From Epithemia pelagica (Eukaryota; Protista; Bacillariophyta), in NCBI GenBank assembly GCA_946965045.2, contig OX337229.1, forward strand, positions 1,240,001-1,304,000: 64,000 nt of DNA. Direction: 5' to 3'. This document shows, one piece after another, positions 1-11,721 of the stretch. Both the position numbers and the translations under genes were made by a program. The notes beneath the pieces were generated by a model. The model saw only the letters and a program-made list of their open reading frames with translations, had not been told where the DNA came from and ran no database searches. Positions within the stretch are counted from its first letter, which is position 1. Each line of letters opens with the position of its first letter.

Positions 1-1
1 C

Positions 2-1306
2 CCGCAGACTAGCGTTTCACTCCAGGATCTCATGAAAACTGGGCGAGGAGAAAAGTTGTACATGATGTTTGGCGAAGAAACAAGAGAACGTCAAGCTGCG
101 ACGGAGCTGGTTCTCATTCAGGTTGCTGGCTTCCTGAGACGTGAACTCCCCATTCGACTTGCTCACTGTGTTCAGGATCTGGAGAGCGTTCCGTTGCTTT
201 CTGAAATGGAGAGTGTGAAGGGAGTCAGAGACCTCTATGTAAAGTCATTCTTGGACCTAATGGCGTTTGGCAACATTGAGAACGTCGAACAAGAAAAGAA
301 GTTTGCCGCGTTAGTGGAAAACATCTATGAGCGCCATAGCAGTGTTCTCGTGCAGATGGCTCGTTGTGCTTTCGAATTTCGAAAGGCAGTGCGTAATGGA
401 AAAGGGAATGAATACGAGCTTGAGGACGAGTCCAGCTCTTTTCTCGACCGGTTTTATCTTCTACGTATTGGCATCCGTGTACTCATTGGGCAGTATCTTG
501 CGCTTCACCAGCCACCAGTTGAAAATTACATTGGTATTATATGCTCAAATACATCCCCTTATGAAATTGTCAAAAGGGCGATTGATGACGCAGCTTTTAT
601 GTGCACAAGAATGTATGGTGATGCACCTGAGGTGATCATGACCGGAAGGCTTGACTTAACATTTCCCTACGTCCCGACACACCTTCGTAAGTATGGAAAG
701 AGATGTCATCCTTTTCAATCCTCATGTCAACGAGAACTCACCCGTAGCATCAGACTACATCATGCTTGAACTTCTAAAAAACAGCATGCGCGCGACAGTT
801 GAATGGCACGGTGTGGACGCAGACTTCCCTCCGATAAAGGTTGTAATTGCCGACGGGGCGGACAATGAAGACGTTGTGATAAAGGTATGTTACCAGAGCT
901 GCAATAAGTGGTGTTGCTCAGCGATGATCTGATTTTGACGACTCTCTTTAGGTGAGCGACGAGGGTGGTGGAATCACGAGGTCAAACATGAAAAAGATTT
1001 GGAGCTACCTTTTCACTACGGCCGACTCTTCGATTCAAGAGGGGATGGTTGGTGATTCGCCCAAAACTGACCATGGGATTGATGCCCCATTGGCTGGTCT
1101 GGGATACGGGTTACCAATCTCTCGGTCATATTGTCGATACTTTGGAGGCGACCTAAGCATCATGTCCATGGAGGTGGGTACATGCAGCGTGCTTGTCGAG
1201 CGCTGGAGCCATAAAGCTAACGTTTTGCTGACTTTAGGGCTATGGGACGGATGCTTTTGTGTACCTAACACGGTTGGGGAACAGCAGAGAACCACTGCCC
1301 ATGTAA
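2..1306 (+). CDS. PDK: Mitochondrial pyruvate dehydrogenase (acetyl-transferring) kinase; 5' end lies outside the window; introns 687-753, 885-951, 1174-1237
   Basis: Spliced translation gives PQTSVSLQDLM..., RELPIRLAH, FLDRFYLLRIGIRVLIGQYLAL, HLHYIMLELLKNSMRA (N box), IKVSDEGGGI (G1), LAGLGYGLPISR (G2) and GYGTDAFVYL. Three GT-AG introns join the ORF-track pieces in frame; stop TAA at 1304-1306. Confidence 0.95.
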
Positions 1307-1532
1307 AAATTCCATCAATCTGCAAAGGACATCTGCCTGTAGAAACAAAAAATAAATAGAGTCAAGCAAATAATCGTCAAGAGGCGAAGCCAAACAATTT
1401 GAGGGTTGGATTTTCTCAGAGAGGTTGTGAACAAGTGGGTCCTCTTGAATATGCGTTTACGTTTTGCATCTTGTTTGCCTTAGCTCTACTAGAGGCCAAA
1501 TGGAAGGTTATGGTAGTACCCCCTAGCGGGGG

Positions 1533-1807
1533 TGAGTCATGAGGATTAGTGACCGGAATTTGATGAGCATTCTCTTACTCAGTTTGCACACCAAAAGCAC
1601 GACACACATGCGACCCGACCACTCACCCCTACTTGGGGGTAGTTATGGAAGTAGGTCATCAAAATGATCGCGATGCCCCAATGATTCGGATTCCCCTCAC
1701 AGAAAATGACTCCTTTCTCATTCCTATGACCAATGACTAATGACCGGGATGACCCTGGAAACACAAATGACTGTGCATCAATCTGTACTGTGCCTCTTGA
1801 AAGTCAT
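1533..1807. promoter_or_regulatory. Cluster of ATGAC(C/T) motifs, including one TGAGTCA, upstream of the gene at 2100
   Basis: ATGACY at 1706, 1726, 1733, 1740, 1749 and 1767 (+) and at 1535, 1654 and 1802 (-); TGAGTCA at 1533-1539. Confidence 0.4.
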
Positions 1808-2099
1808 TCGGAACCAATCATGAAAGCGTCCAATACAATCTCTTCAATAAAATGGAGAATGGTCGGTTCATTCCCCACGTCATGTTCAAGTGGGGTGAAC
1901 GGCCCCTAATTGGGATTGGGATTGGGAGGGCACAACAACTACAACTACGGGATCATTGATCATCGAGTGCGCGATGCGCGTGCTTGCTTGGGGCCTGGGT
2001 GGTGAATGATGAACGTACTCGTATGTCTTCCGTAGAACAAAGATACACAAAATTACTCATCTTCGCATTTGTAGAGACGAAAGATCCCGATAGTCAACC

Positions 2100-2639
2100 A
2101 TGTCTACCAGCAACGTTATTTCACTCCCGATCGAATGGGATATGGACACTCCATCCATGGAAGAGGAACTGTCGGACTCGTCAAGCGAAGAATCCTCGAA
2201 AGTGTTTGAACAATGGCAAACGGAGGATCAAGATCAAGAGATTGATTTTATGGAGGTTGACGCGAAGCTTGGTCCTGATTTGCTTGGGGACGAATTGCTC
2301 TTGGAATCTTGCTCATCTCCAACGACTCCATTAGAAGAGCTCAACTACATGACTTTCAACGATGATGATCTGGACAGATTCTCTTTGAGCTTTCTCAGTA
2401 ATCAAGGCGAAACCAAAACGACGACCTCGCTTCCCTTCCAAGAAAGATACAAAGCAACTCTCAAGAAACTTGCAGAGTCTATGGAGCGATCAAGGAAAAC
2501 CAGACAAAGTCTCGTCATGAAAACGACGCATACAGAACATTATGCACGAAGCCCCTATGTGTCCGGCGTAGTCAAGTCCATCGAGACATCTTCACACCAA
2601 CTACAAACATACCTGAAGCAAGCCAGGTCCGAGCAATAA
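2100..2639 (+). CDS. Uncharacterised 179-aa protein with an acidic N-terminus and a helical C-terminal motif
   Basis: ATG-started single-exon ORF with coding-like composition; C-terminal LPFQERYKATLKKLAESMERSRKTRQSL; no family recognised. Confidence 0.7.
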   Translation: MSTSNVISLPIEWDMDTPSMEEELSDSSSEESSKVFEQWQTEDQDQEIDFMEVDAKLGPDLLGDELLLESCSSPTTPLEELNYMTFNDDDLDRFSLSFLSNQGETKTTTSLPFQERYKATLKKLAESMERSRKTRQSLVMKTTHTEHYARSPYVSGVVKSIETSSHQLQTYLKQARSEQ

Positions 2640-3272
2640 GTTTTTTCTTCATATCTCCTTTCATAGAAGTCACATGTGGTCTTCCTCCAACGTTTGACGC
2701 ACTCATACATACTTTTCATCGCAAAATCGGGGCTACAAGGATCTGTGTCGAAATTCATACTTCATCAGTTCTAAGCAGACAACTTTCAGTACCATATAAA
2801 TTTGCATGCGATATGGAAGATCTCCTTTTTCTCTATCTTATGAGGTTTCCTCTTCTTCTCTACAAGGAAACAGACAAATCATGTTCATTGTCAATCGTCT
2901 CAAGTCCCGATTTTTCGCAAACTTGTCGGACTTGATCAAACTGCACGAAATTTTCATCTCGATAGGGCTTAAGTGAATTCTTGAATAGCCTGCCGAAATT
3001 GATAATCATGTCATCTGATACTGACGTAAACAGTACACAACGGATGTCTAATATCTACCTACTCCCATTGAACTACCTCCCTAGCTCACATGACAGGATA
3101 TCACTCTTGCTGTTTGAGACATCAACTCTAAACATGGCGGGATCCTATCGATACAACAAACAACTAAATGGGTATATTTAATTCAAGCGATCTCTTACCA
3201 ATATGAGGTGCCGACAAGAGGATTAAAGATCCACCCGCATTCTTGATTATCGATTGTGAACTTTACAGCCTC

Positions 3273-4395
3273 TCAGGCGGATTGAGACATTGCGGTCGGA
3301 GCGTGCTTGCTACCAGTACGATGCTTCAGGAGCCCTTGCTTCAACTCATTCGACTCGCATATCCGTCGCCAGTCTCGCATGTTGAATGCGATAACCGCCT
3401 GACGCTGTTTCAGATCAGTCTGCGCGGGTTGAACATCGTCACCTTCTGTGTTTTCCACAGCCCTGACCCACAGGCCTTCAGGCTTTCCCGTTGTCTCTGC
3501 GTCCTCACGGGTTCGAACCCCGATGGCGGCCTCGGCGCGTTTGATAAGAAAGGAAAAGTGAAATATATTCTCGACCGTTTGAGTGAAGGACTTCGGGTTG
3601 AACAGAAACTTGACACCGTCCACTTCAAACGAATCCCCTTCTTTGCTTTTGGAATGCTTCCTTAGAACCTTTTTCACGTCTTTCATTGCTTTTTCTGCAG
3701 CTGACAACTGGTCAGCGTCGCCCTTGTTGTTGATCACTTGCTCCGGACGCTGTTCTTCAACAGCATCTGGATTAAATTTTTTCTGCGGCGTCTTACGGGC
3801 TCTACGTGCTTTAAAAGACTCTTCCTGATCCATAGTTCCAGCCAAGAAAGTTACTCCAGTCGGTAGTGCGTTAAAGCATATCCCACATTCTCGACCAATG
3901 AGAGACCAGTTGAATTGTCTACTAGAGCCTTGCCCCGTCGAACACTTGGAACGGATTTTGCACGCCAGCTTGGTTGCATCGAATCTTGGGACCTGTTCAC
4001 ATGACAATAGGATAAGCAACATTTGAAATGAAAGTGAAAGAGACAAGTCCAACGAAGATGAGACGTACCTGTACAAGTCGATCGAGTTGATGAAGAGATT
4101 TCGCCGCGAGCAACTCAGTATTTTCAGCGTCAAGGACAGCTTCCCTCGTGAATTTCACACTTTCAAACAACTTGTTGTTGTCTCCCCGTTTCCTCTCAAG
4201 AAACTCCAAGGCCTCTTCGTCTTCTCTACGGTCCATTTCATTGGCAACTTCATCGTGAAGCTTTCGTTGTTTACGTCTCAGCTTACGACGATGCTCATCG
4301 GTCATGCCAGAGTTTTCAAAGACTCCACTATTTGCAGTCCGCTTCTTCTGGCCTTCATCTCGTCCATGCGCGTCATCTTGTGGTTCTGGCTCCAT
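3273..4395 (-). CDS. NSE4: NSE4/EID family kleisin subunit of the SMC5/6 complex; intron 3993-4068
   Basis: RRKLRRKQRKL...KLFESVKFTREAVLDAE (N-terminal motif) and FLFNPKSFTQTVENIFHFSFLIK (Nse4_C). A 76-nt GT-AG intron joins ORFs 3997..4416 and 3273..4133. Confidence 0.88.
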
Positions 4396-4726
4396 CTTGC
4401 GCACTTCTTTGTTCAATCAGACCTTCGCCTTCGTTGTTCTCGTCTTTGTCATGTCGAATGTCGACCAACTTTGATGCCACTCGCAATCGAAGTATCATCG
4501 GCATCGGCGGGCGCTACGCGCCACATTCGTTTATTCGCCGGCCCGTTCTTGAAGACGCGCGCGAGAAGTTCGCGAGCAGGACGAACTTAGGAGTCTGTCC
4601 GTCGACTTCTTACGTGCGACTACACAATATACAGCCACCCCAACCACCAAATTCAACCCATTTTTTCTTCCCACCATGAGCTGTTGTTCTCCATAGCCAA
4701 ACCACTTCGCCGTTTAAGTCATCATC

Positions 4727-7183
4727 ATGGCAGGACTTCCAAATTCACGGTCTCGAGATAAGAGAAATCGAGGCATGGAGCGCACACAAACAGGAGGCGA
4801 AAGGAAAACGAGTCGTATTTGTATAAAGCATCTGCCTCATGGACTGACGGATGCAGTCAAACTGAAGGAACATTTGTTTCATACTCGACAATCCTACTTC
4901 CCGCATACTGCCATGTCGATAACCGACTGCAAAGTTCTCTCAAAGCGTCGAATGGCTTTTGTTGGGTTCTCGTCTGTTGATGCGGCAGCCGCTTGTGTTC
5001 AATACCTCCACCGATCCTATTTCCGTACCACACAACTACTTGTCGAATTTGCCCTCCCCCCGAAAGAAACAAGCGCTCGTATGGACCAACAATCAGCTAC
5101 AAACGCCGAATCAAAGGACGAACCACAACAGAATTCAAAACACAAGCTCAACCTCGACATAAAAAGAGATGCAAAGAAGAATGAATTTCTCGAGGCAATG
5201 GGGGCTTTGCCGGAAAAGACTACCAATAGTCGTGTTTGGTCCAACGACGATGGAATCATGAACGTTACAAATCAAGCCAGACAATATGGTGAGCAACCAG
5301 GTGAACCTTCATCTGATGAATCCGGGTCTGATGATGAATCTGACGAGGACGATCTTGATCCTCTCGAAGCGACCACAAGAACTGGCGCTTTGGGAAAAGA
5401 GTCAGATTTTTTGCGTTCCAAGACCATCGCTGTTCAAGACTTGGATGAAACAAAGGAGCTCAATGGTGAAGACGAAGAACAGAGCGAAGAAGACGAAGAA
5501 ACACCCATGAAGGCCGAAACTCATTTCCATCATGGAGCTATATCGGATGGTGATGAGAAGATTACGGAGACAAGCGATGAGGTGGAACCGGAGAATGATA
5601 ATGCCACATCCTCAACCAGACTATTCGTAAGAAATATTGCCTTCGACACATCGGAGGAAGATATGAAGGAGTTTTTCTCTTCGTATGGTAACGTGGAAGA
5701 ATGTCATATACCAGTAGATGATCAACGAAGAGGAAAGGGGTTTGGTTTCGTGACATTCGATACTCCTACAAGCGCATCGGCGGCTCGCAATCATTTAGAT
5801 GGGACAGACTTTCAAGGTCGCCTTATCCATATATTACCAGCACGACTACCTCCCTCCGCTCCTCAACATGAAAAGGCAAACATGAGTTATAAAGAGCGAC
5901 AGGAACTTGGTCGCCGAGGGAAATCGATGGAGGAACAACATGGATGGTCAGCAAGTCATTTACGAAGTGATGCGGTGGTGGACAATCTCGCGGCTCGTTT
6001 GGGCATCCAAAAGGGAGACATTCTTCCGGTTAAAGATGGAATGAGCGGCGGGGATGCGGCGGTTCGGTTAGCACTGGCAGAAACTGCAATAATTGAAGAA
6101 AACAGGGAATATTTCGCCGAACATGGTATTGATATGGAGGCATTGGTTTCCTTCTCCACAAAGGAAAATGAAACGTCAAAAGCGAGAAGTCAAACTTGTA
6201 TCCTTGTGAAAAATCTCCCACACGACACGACAACAGAAGAATTATCCAAAACGTTTGGTTCACAAGGATCAAATCCATCTCGAATACTTCTGCCTCCATC
6301 TCGAACCGTGGCAGTTGTTGAGTTTATCCATGCGCACGATGCAAAGAAGGCCTTCAAAGGGCTGGCCTACCGTCGATTCAAAACGGTTCCATTGTATTTG
6401 GAGTGGGCCCCTGTTGCATCGATTGTGAAAAAAGCTGCTGAAACAGATGAAGATAACGGCAAATCACTGAGAAGCGTCGTCACTGCAGATGACGGTGGCG
6501 ACGCCATGGATGACTCCCCAGTTCAAACCACTGCCATTTATGTAAAGAACCTGAACTTTAGCACAACGGAAGACGATCTACGGTCTGTGTTTGAACGATC
6601 TGTCGGTGGCGTAAGAACGGTACGAATACCCCGAAAAGTGGCTCCAAAGAAGCGGAATGCCGTCGAGATGGATACAAGCGCTTCGGACCAGCCCAACATG
6701 TCGATGGGATATGGTTTTGTGGAGTTCCAGTCGCAAGAGAAGGCAAATATAGCTGTGAAAGCGTTGCAAGGGAAATTGGTTGCTGGACATGCACTTGAAC
6801 TGCAAATATCAAAAGGTTCTGCACTCCATACACAGGCTCAGATACCATTCCGTCCACCGTCCAAAATCATGGCTAGAAATGTACCATTCCAGGCAAGCAG
6901 AAAAGATCTCTTACAACTCTTTGGCACTTTTGGTCAGTTGAAGAAAGTTCGTCTCCCTAAAAAGTTTGATGGGAATCATCGCGGCTTTGCTTTTATTGAA
7001 TTTGTGAGTGGTAAAGAGGCGGCGGCCGCCATGAATGCTCTTTCTCGAACCCATTTGTACGGTCGGCACCTTGTCCTCGAATGGGCAGAATCCGGAGAGG
7101 AAGGCATGGAAGGTACCAGAGACACTTCGGCGGGAGGAACTACGATGAACAAGAAAATTCGATTCGATAAGGAATCCAACTAG
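4727..7183 (+). CDS. RBM19: Multiple-RRM ribosome biogenesis protein MRD1/RBM19
   Basis: Five RRMs (RRMAFVGF, RLFVRNI..KGFGFVTF, ILVKNLP, IYVKNLNF..GYGFVEF, RGFAFIEF), the AVRLALAET linker and LYGRHLVLEWA. Confidence 0.95.
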   Translation: MAGLPNSRSRDKRNRGMERTQTGGERKTSRICIKHLPHGLTDAVKLKEHLFHTRQSYFPHTAMSITDCKVLSKRRMAFVGFSSVDAAAACVQYLHRSYFRTTQLLVEFALPPKETSARMDQQSATNAESKDEPQQNSKHKLNLDIKRDAKKNEFLEAMGALPEKTTNSRVWSNDDGIMNVTNQARQYGEQPGEPSSDESGSDDESDEDDLDPLEATTRTGALGKESDFLRSKTIAVQDLDETKELNGEDEEQSEEDEETPMKAETHFHHGAISDGDEKITETSDEVEPENDNATSSTRLFVRNIAFDTSEEDMKEFFSSYGNVEECHIPVDDQRRGKGFGFVTFDTPTSASAARNHLDGTDFQGRLIHILPARLPPSAPQHEKANMSYKERQELGRRGKSMEEQHGWSASHLRSDAVVDNLAARLGIQKGDILPVKDGMSGGDAAVRLALAETAIIEENREYFAEHGIDMEALVSFSTKENETSKARSQTCILVKNLPHDTTTEELSKTFGSQGSNPSRILLPPSRTVAVVEFIHAHDAKKAFKGLAYRRFKTVPLYLEWAPVASIVKKAAETDEDNGKSLRSVVTADDGGDAMDDSPVQTTAIYVKNLNFSTTEDDLRSVFERSVGGVRTVRIPRKVAPKKRNAVEMDTSASDQPNMSMGYGFVEFQSQEKANIAVKALQGKLVAGHALELQISKGSALHTQAQIPFRPPSKIMARNVPFQASRKDLLQLFGTFGQLKKVRLPKKFDGNHRGFAFIEFVSGKEAAAAMNALSRTHLYGRHLVLEWAESGEEGMEGTRDTSAGGTTMNKKIRFDKESN

Positions 7184-7654
7184 AGAGATTTTGCGAAATT
7201 GCTTTCCCTTCCCGATCCTCCCGTCCACTGGAGCGAGATTTATTGTTGAATCCTCCTACTCTGATAAGGGCATGGCATTGCAAATTGTATCTATGCATTT
7301 CTTTTAGTGATTGGAGTGACAAAAAGTCTTGCGGGGCTAGTATACCTAGTTCATTCATATTGTTTGTTCCGGACTGGGGTTGATTCGTGAATGAAAGGGA
7401 CCCAAGACCCGATCTAGAAATCGTAATAGTCCCCAGCGGGTGTGAGATATAGTATCTAGTCGCAGATTGGTCAGCTTCTTCGCAATGTACATTCAACATT
7501 CTATCACGCGTGACTCATCATCGCCCCTGCTTGGGGATAGTAATCCTAACCCAAATGCCCTATTCGATTCGATAACATCTATGGACATTGTGCCTCTCGA
7601 TAGCAGCAACGTCTTGGATGAATTAGTGTTTTCAGTGAGACTGAGACTTCTACC

Positions 7655-10600
7655 ATGTCGCTTCCTCCGCAAGTTCGGGGTCTGTTGACACCAACGCCGC
7701 TAGCAGCGAGCTTGGCACTGGGTATCAATGGAAGTGCAAGCTCAGTGGTGGCAAGTGCCACGCAAAACTTGACACCCACGGCCATGCCCAAACGAAGCAA
7801 TGTACCAACCGTCCAAAATCATGTGTGTGTACATTGCAGCAAGCCACTTGTGGTCTATATCCTGGAAGATCCGACCTCTCACTCCGCCCAAGCCCACGTA
7901 TCAAGGCGCCTGGTCGTGCAAAACACGGTTACTCGCGAGATTGTGGATTCTTTGTCGCTGGCCGATCTCTCGTACTTGATATATCGCGAGACGGACATTA
8001 ACAAAATACCACAGGCTGTTCAATCACTTGGGTCAATCCAATCTCTTAGCTTCTATGATCCCAGTACTCTTCACTGGTCTGGAATGGCAGTGTCATCGAC
8101 AGGAGATGCATCGACACGCTCTCGGTGGGAGACCGTAGTTATTCAGACAAATACCCGGATTCTATTCTGGAACATTAGGCAAGGACCCAATTCGCATTCA
8201 GTTCTTTATCCATCGCGAAAATCATCGCTTTTCAAGCGTCTCGGAGCGATTATTCACGAAACTGCTCTTGGAGGAAATGGTGCGGTTCCTAGCAGTAACT
8301 TGTTGCCCTTATCATCCACTACGGTTCTTATCGGGTGTAGTGACGGAAGTCTCAAATCCTACGATTGGCACCAAAAAGCTGTCCTTAAGTCGATCAAGGG
8401 TCTTGGAAAAGGAGATTGGATTGTTCGCCTCCTTCCTGCTAATCGATACTCAGTGAATGAAGGAGATTCGAATAAAAGACGCATTCTAACCGTCACGAAG
8501 AAGGGAATCTGCTACCTGATCGAGTTGGAAATATCTCGAGATGGTTTGGAGATCAAGCCTCCCTTGGCTCGATTTGTTGGTGGAATGGCTGAGGTTCCAG
8601 CCGATTCCCCTGTGCAGCACTCAACGATTTCCTACGATGCTCACCGAGACTTGATCCTGTGGCTCTCGTTGGCTCCAAAATCAAAACAAATTTCCATGTT
8701 GATTTGGAATCTCAAAACGCTCCAAGCCGATCTTGTCCAGCAAGTCGGAAGCAAGAATCTTTTCAAACCGGATCCTACGCTTACTATACATTTACCTTCT
8801 TTTGTTGTGGAATACTCGTCAGGGCAGGCGCTGACGACAGTTTTCCCGGTTATTCATGCTGCTTTTGCCGAAGATACAGTCATTCTCGGCGTTGTGTCGA
8901 TGAACACGGGTCATTTACATCTGATTGGAGGGAATTTTCATCCCACGAACGCATCCAGTCAAGTTGTGGGAACGCCTCTTGTCTCGGTGGATATTGCCTC
9001 TTTGATACAAGATGACGGCTCACTGGATTTTGCACCATCTGTTAAAACTACCTCCATTTTACAAAGCCCACTATCGGCCGGGTCGTCACATTCTCTTCTG
9101 GTCTGCACAAATATTGGTATTGTATTGCTGGAACTGCCTTTGTCGACGAAATTGCTTCCAGCAGCACGCCACGTTCATTTTGGCGCCGGGCTGGGGAGTC
9201 TTGGAAAGTCGATTTTGTATGTCCAGGATAGTTCGATCGTGTACGGCTCATTGGATGTCCTTGTCGCGAACCCTACCGGAAGAATGGAGGCAAAGAATCC
9301 TGTTGTTGTGTACGAGAGTCCTCTTCCCCTTCATCTTCCGCCTGCAATCCACAAGCGACCCTTTCGACCTGCCGCTCTCTTTATGCCGAGTCCTTCGGGA
9401 TTATTTGTATCCCTCTTCTGGCCACTGGAATTCCGTTATGAAATTCTCCACACTTCATCACTTATGCAGAAGGTTGGCCAAAGGTCGGGACAGGTCACAC
9501 AGCGAAGCCCTGTGGTTGCTTCCGGGGATGGCGTTGTCGACTTCGCCTGGGTCGGTGATGACGACGTGTATGCGATCCTGAAAGCTGTTGACATTGTTGC
9601 ACAAGCTACCGCATTTATGGTTACTCCAGCTGCTCTGGAGCAGGCTTCTGGGGATGACTCTGGTATTAATATGCGTAGCTCTGTGAAATCAGGCATCACG
9701 GCGACCTTGGCTGCCACCAAATCGGCAACCTCTGCCACGTTCAATGCCACAAAGCATGCTACTTCTGCAGCGCTCGCCACCACATCAGCAACATTGGCTG
9801 CGACATCTGCAGCGACAAAAGCCGCGGTTAGTACTTCGAAAAAGGGAATGAAAAAGACACTTGGCATCTTTGGTAACAAGAAGAAGAAGAAAGGAGAGGA
9901 AACAGGGCTTTCTATGGATGCAGAGAATGCCGACGACATGTCGGAAACAACTGATGCAACAGATTCTATTCACATGACTCCTATCACTATCGATATGGAC
10001 GTGTTGAACCAAAATGCGAGAAAAAGTAGTGAAAACCCCAAGCGGCGGCAAATTGAACTTCGTCGCCTCGATATTACTGAGACAAAGGCTGCGGATCTCA
10101 GCGCGAGTATTGCGCCTGCAACGAGCAGCAGCTTAGGTCAAGTCGTACTTCGGGGAGGGAGCAGGAACTTGCCTACGGCCGTTTTTGGTGGTCCTGTCTT
10201 GTGTGTCGGTAGTAGGACCGAAGAAGACCCTGAAGGAAGCGCGTTTTTCTATGCCAAGAAATCGGAAGGTGGAGAAGGGCGAGCCGACGAATATGTTTCT
10301 ACTGGACCGACTCTACCTTATCCTGATTTGGTTGTTTGGGATGACGATGGTGTTTTGTGTACGGTCATTGTTGAAAACAGAGTTGCCGTGTACACACTGG
10401 AAGGATCAGATTTTGTTTTACTTGGCTCGGTGAGGATATCCAGCCCATGTGACTCGTTTTCGCGGATCTACAGTGCCAAATTCATTCACGGAGTTCTCTA
10501 CTGCTGCACACATAGTTCGGTTCACTGCGTCTTCCTTGGAGATATCCAAGGAATAGCGCAGCTGGAAACCTTCGTCCTTGTCTCAATTGATGCAACAATA

Positions 10601-11299
10601 GCTGGTCCAATCGCCCCTATGCTCCAGTACAAGAGTTTTATGCCTTCATCAATACCATTGCCACTTGTCCATCCGACCGTCCTTGGATACCAGAGTGGCA
10701 GTCTCGTCATCTCAAGCAGTAGAGGCTTGCATGCTTTGCCCCTGACACACCCTTTGCTACGGATTGGAACACTCCTTACGGCTGGTCAAACGGATGCCGC
10801 TGCAAAGTGGTTTGACGCCGTTCCTTCGTATGAGTGTGAGGTTCTGTCAGGTTTTGTGGAACGACGAGGATATCCAGAATTAGCCATCAGTATACCAGGT
10901 GTATCTATTGAAAGGTTGGTCGATTTGTGCATGAGAAATGGCTTTGTTGATCGCTTAGAAGAAGTGGTGGAAACATATGGAGTGAGAGGATTGCGTGCGA
11001 TCGATGGTGGACGCGGCGTTACGCCTAGTTTGTTTGGTGAAAGTGGCGGAAGTGTGGTTGTGAGTGTAGCTGCCTATCTGTTGGCACATGGTAGAGTAGA
11101 GCTGGCACGAAGGATGGCAACTGAATGCTTACGATCAGGCGATGAAGGGCGACGTGATGCTTTGATCATTGCGTCGATTCTTTTGTCGGTTGATGAGGTA
11201 GATGCCTCTCGCCTCGTAAGCCGAGCTGTTGAGGATGTTGGAGCTGAGTGGCCCGTCGGGCAGTTTATTCGCAACTATGTTTTGACGGAACGGACATGA
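7655..11299 (+). CDS. Beta-propeller/alpha-solenoid protocoatomer protein resembling TSET/TPLATE-complex subunit TTRAY2/TWD40-2
   Basis: Ordered motifs match my recollection of plant TWD40-2: GSIQSLSFYD, VLIGCSDGSL, FGGPVLCVG, LPYPDLVVWD, FVLLGSVRI, VLYCCTHSSVHCVF and LTHPLLRIGTLLTAGQTDAAAKW...RRGYPELAISIPGVS. Confidence 0.75.
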   Translation: MSLPPQVRGLLTPTPLAASLALGINGSASSVVASATQNLTPTAMPKRSNVPTVQNHVCVHCSKPLVVYILEDPTSHSAQAHVSRRLVVQNTVTREIVDSLSLADLSYLIYRETDINKIPQAVQSLGSIQSLSFYDPSTLHWSGMAVSSTGDASTRSRWETVVIQTNTRILFWNIRQGPNSHSVLYPSRKSSLFKRLGAIIHETALGGNGAVPSSNLLPLSSTTVLIGCSDGSLKSYDWHQKAVLKSIKGLGKGDWIVRLLPANRYSVNEGDSNKRRILTVTKKGICYLIELEISRDGLEIKPPLARFVGGMAEVPADSPVQHSTISYDAHRDLILWLSLAPKSKQISMLIWNLKTLQADLVQQVGSKNLFKPDPTLTIHLPSFVVEYSSGQALTTVFPVIHAAFAEDTVILGVVSMNTGHLHLIGGNFHPTNASSQVVGTPLVSVDIASLIQDDGSLDFAPSVKTTSILQSPLSAGSSHSLLVCTNIGIVLLELPLSTKLLPAARHVHFGAGLGSLGKSILYVQDSSIVYGSLDVLVANPTGRMEAKNPVVVYESPLPLHLPPAIHKRPFRPAALFMPSPSGLFVSLFWPLEFRYEILHTSSLMQKVGQRSGQVTQRSPVVASGDGVVDFAWVGDDDVYAILKAVDIVAQATAFMVTPAALEQASGDDSGINMRSSVKSGITATLAATKSATSATFNATKHATSAALATTSATLAATSAATKAAVSTSKKGMKKTLGIFGNKKKKKGEETGLSMDAENADDMSETTDATDSIHMTPITIDMDVLNQNARKSSENPKRRQIELRRLDITETKAADLSASIAPATSSSLGQVVLRGGSRNLPTAVFGGPVLCVGSRTEEDPEGSAFFYAKKSEGGEGRADEYVSTGPTLPYPDLVVWDDDGVLCTVIVENRVAVYTLEGSDFVLLGSVRISSPCDSFSRIYSAKFIHGVLYCCTHSSVHCVFLGDIQGIAQLETFVLVSIDATIAGPIAPMLQYKSFMPSSIPLPLVHPTVLGYQSGSLVISSSRGLHALPLTHPLLRIGTLLTAGQTDAAAKWFDAVPSYECEVLSGFVERRGYPELAISIPGVSIERLVDLCMRNGFVDRLEEVVETYGVRGLRAIDGGRGVTPSLFGESGGSVVVSVAAYLLAHGRVELARRMATECLRSGDEGRRDALIIASILLSVDEVDASRLVSRAVEDVGAEWPVGQFIRNYVLTERT

Positions 11300-11721
11300 G
11301 ACTTGCTAAACTACTTTTCTTCGGCGTACATTGCGCGACGATATGATATCACACAGGTTATGTAGTAGAATGTTTTCACATAAAAGTATGTCAAATAGGA
11401 GCAGGAGATACTCCTACAATCTTACGCTACCTCGCCTACCCCGCCTTCCCGGGATTGTGCCCCTCCTGAAACTCGCCCCATTTGAATTTGACCCGCCCTG
11501 CCCCTCTCTCAGAGCTCAGAGCGCCCCCCCCTTAATCCTTCAAAAGCCTAAGCGTGATCGACACGATACGTAACATGGAAATTTCCTTCCATTATCGATG
11601 TTAAACGTGAAGGATTGTCGCGGTCAACACATACGCTGATGTACCCAAGTGCCGATTGGGCAGACAACAGCACAGCTTTGCAACAGTTGCAAATTGAACA
11701 CACTATATACATTGATACACC

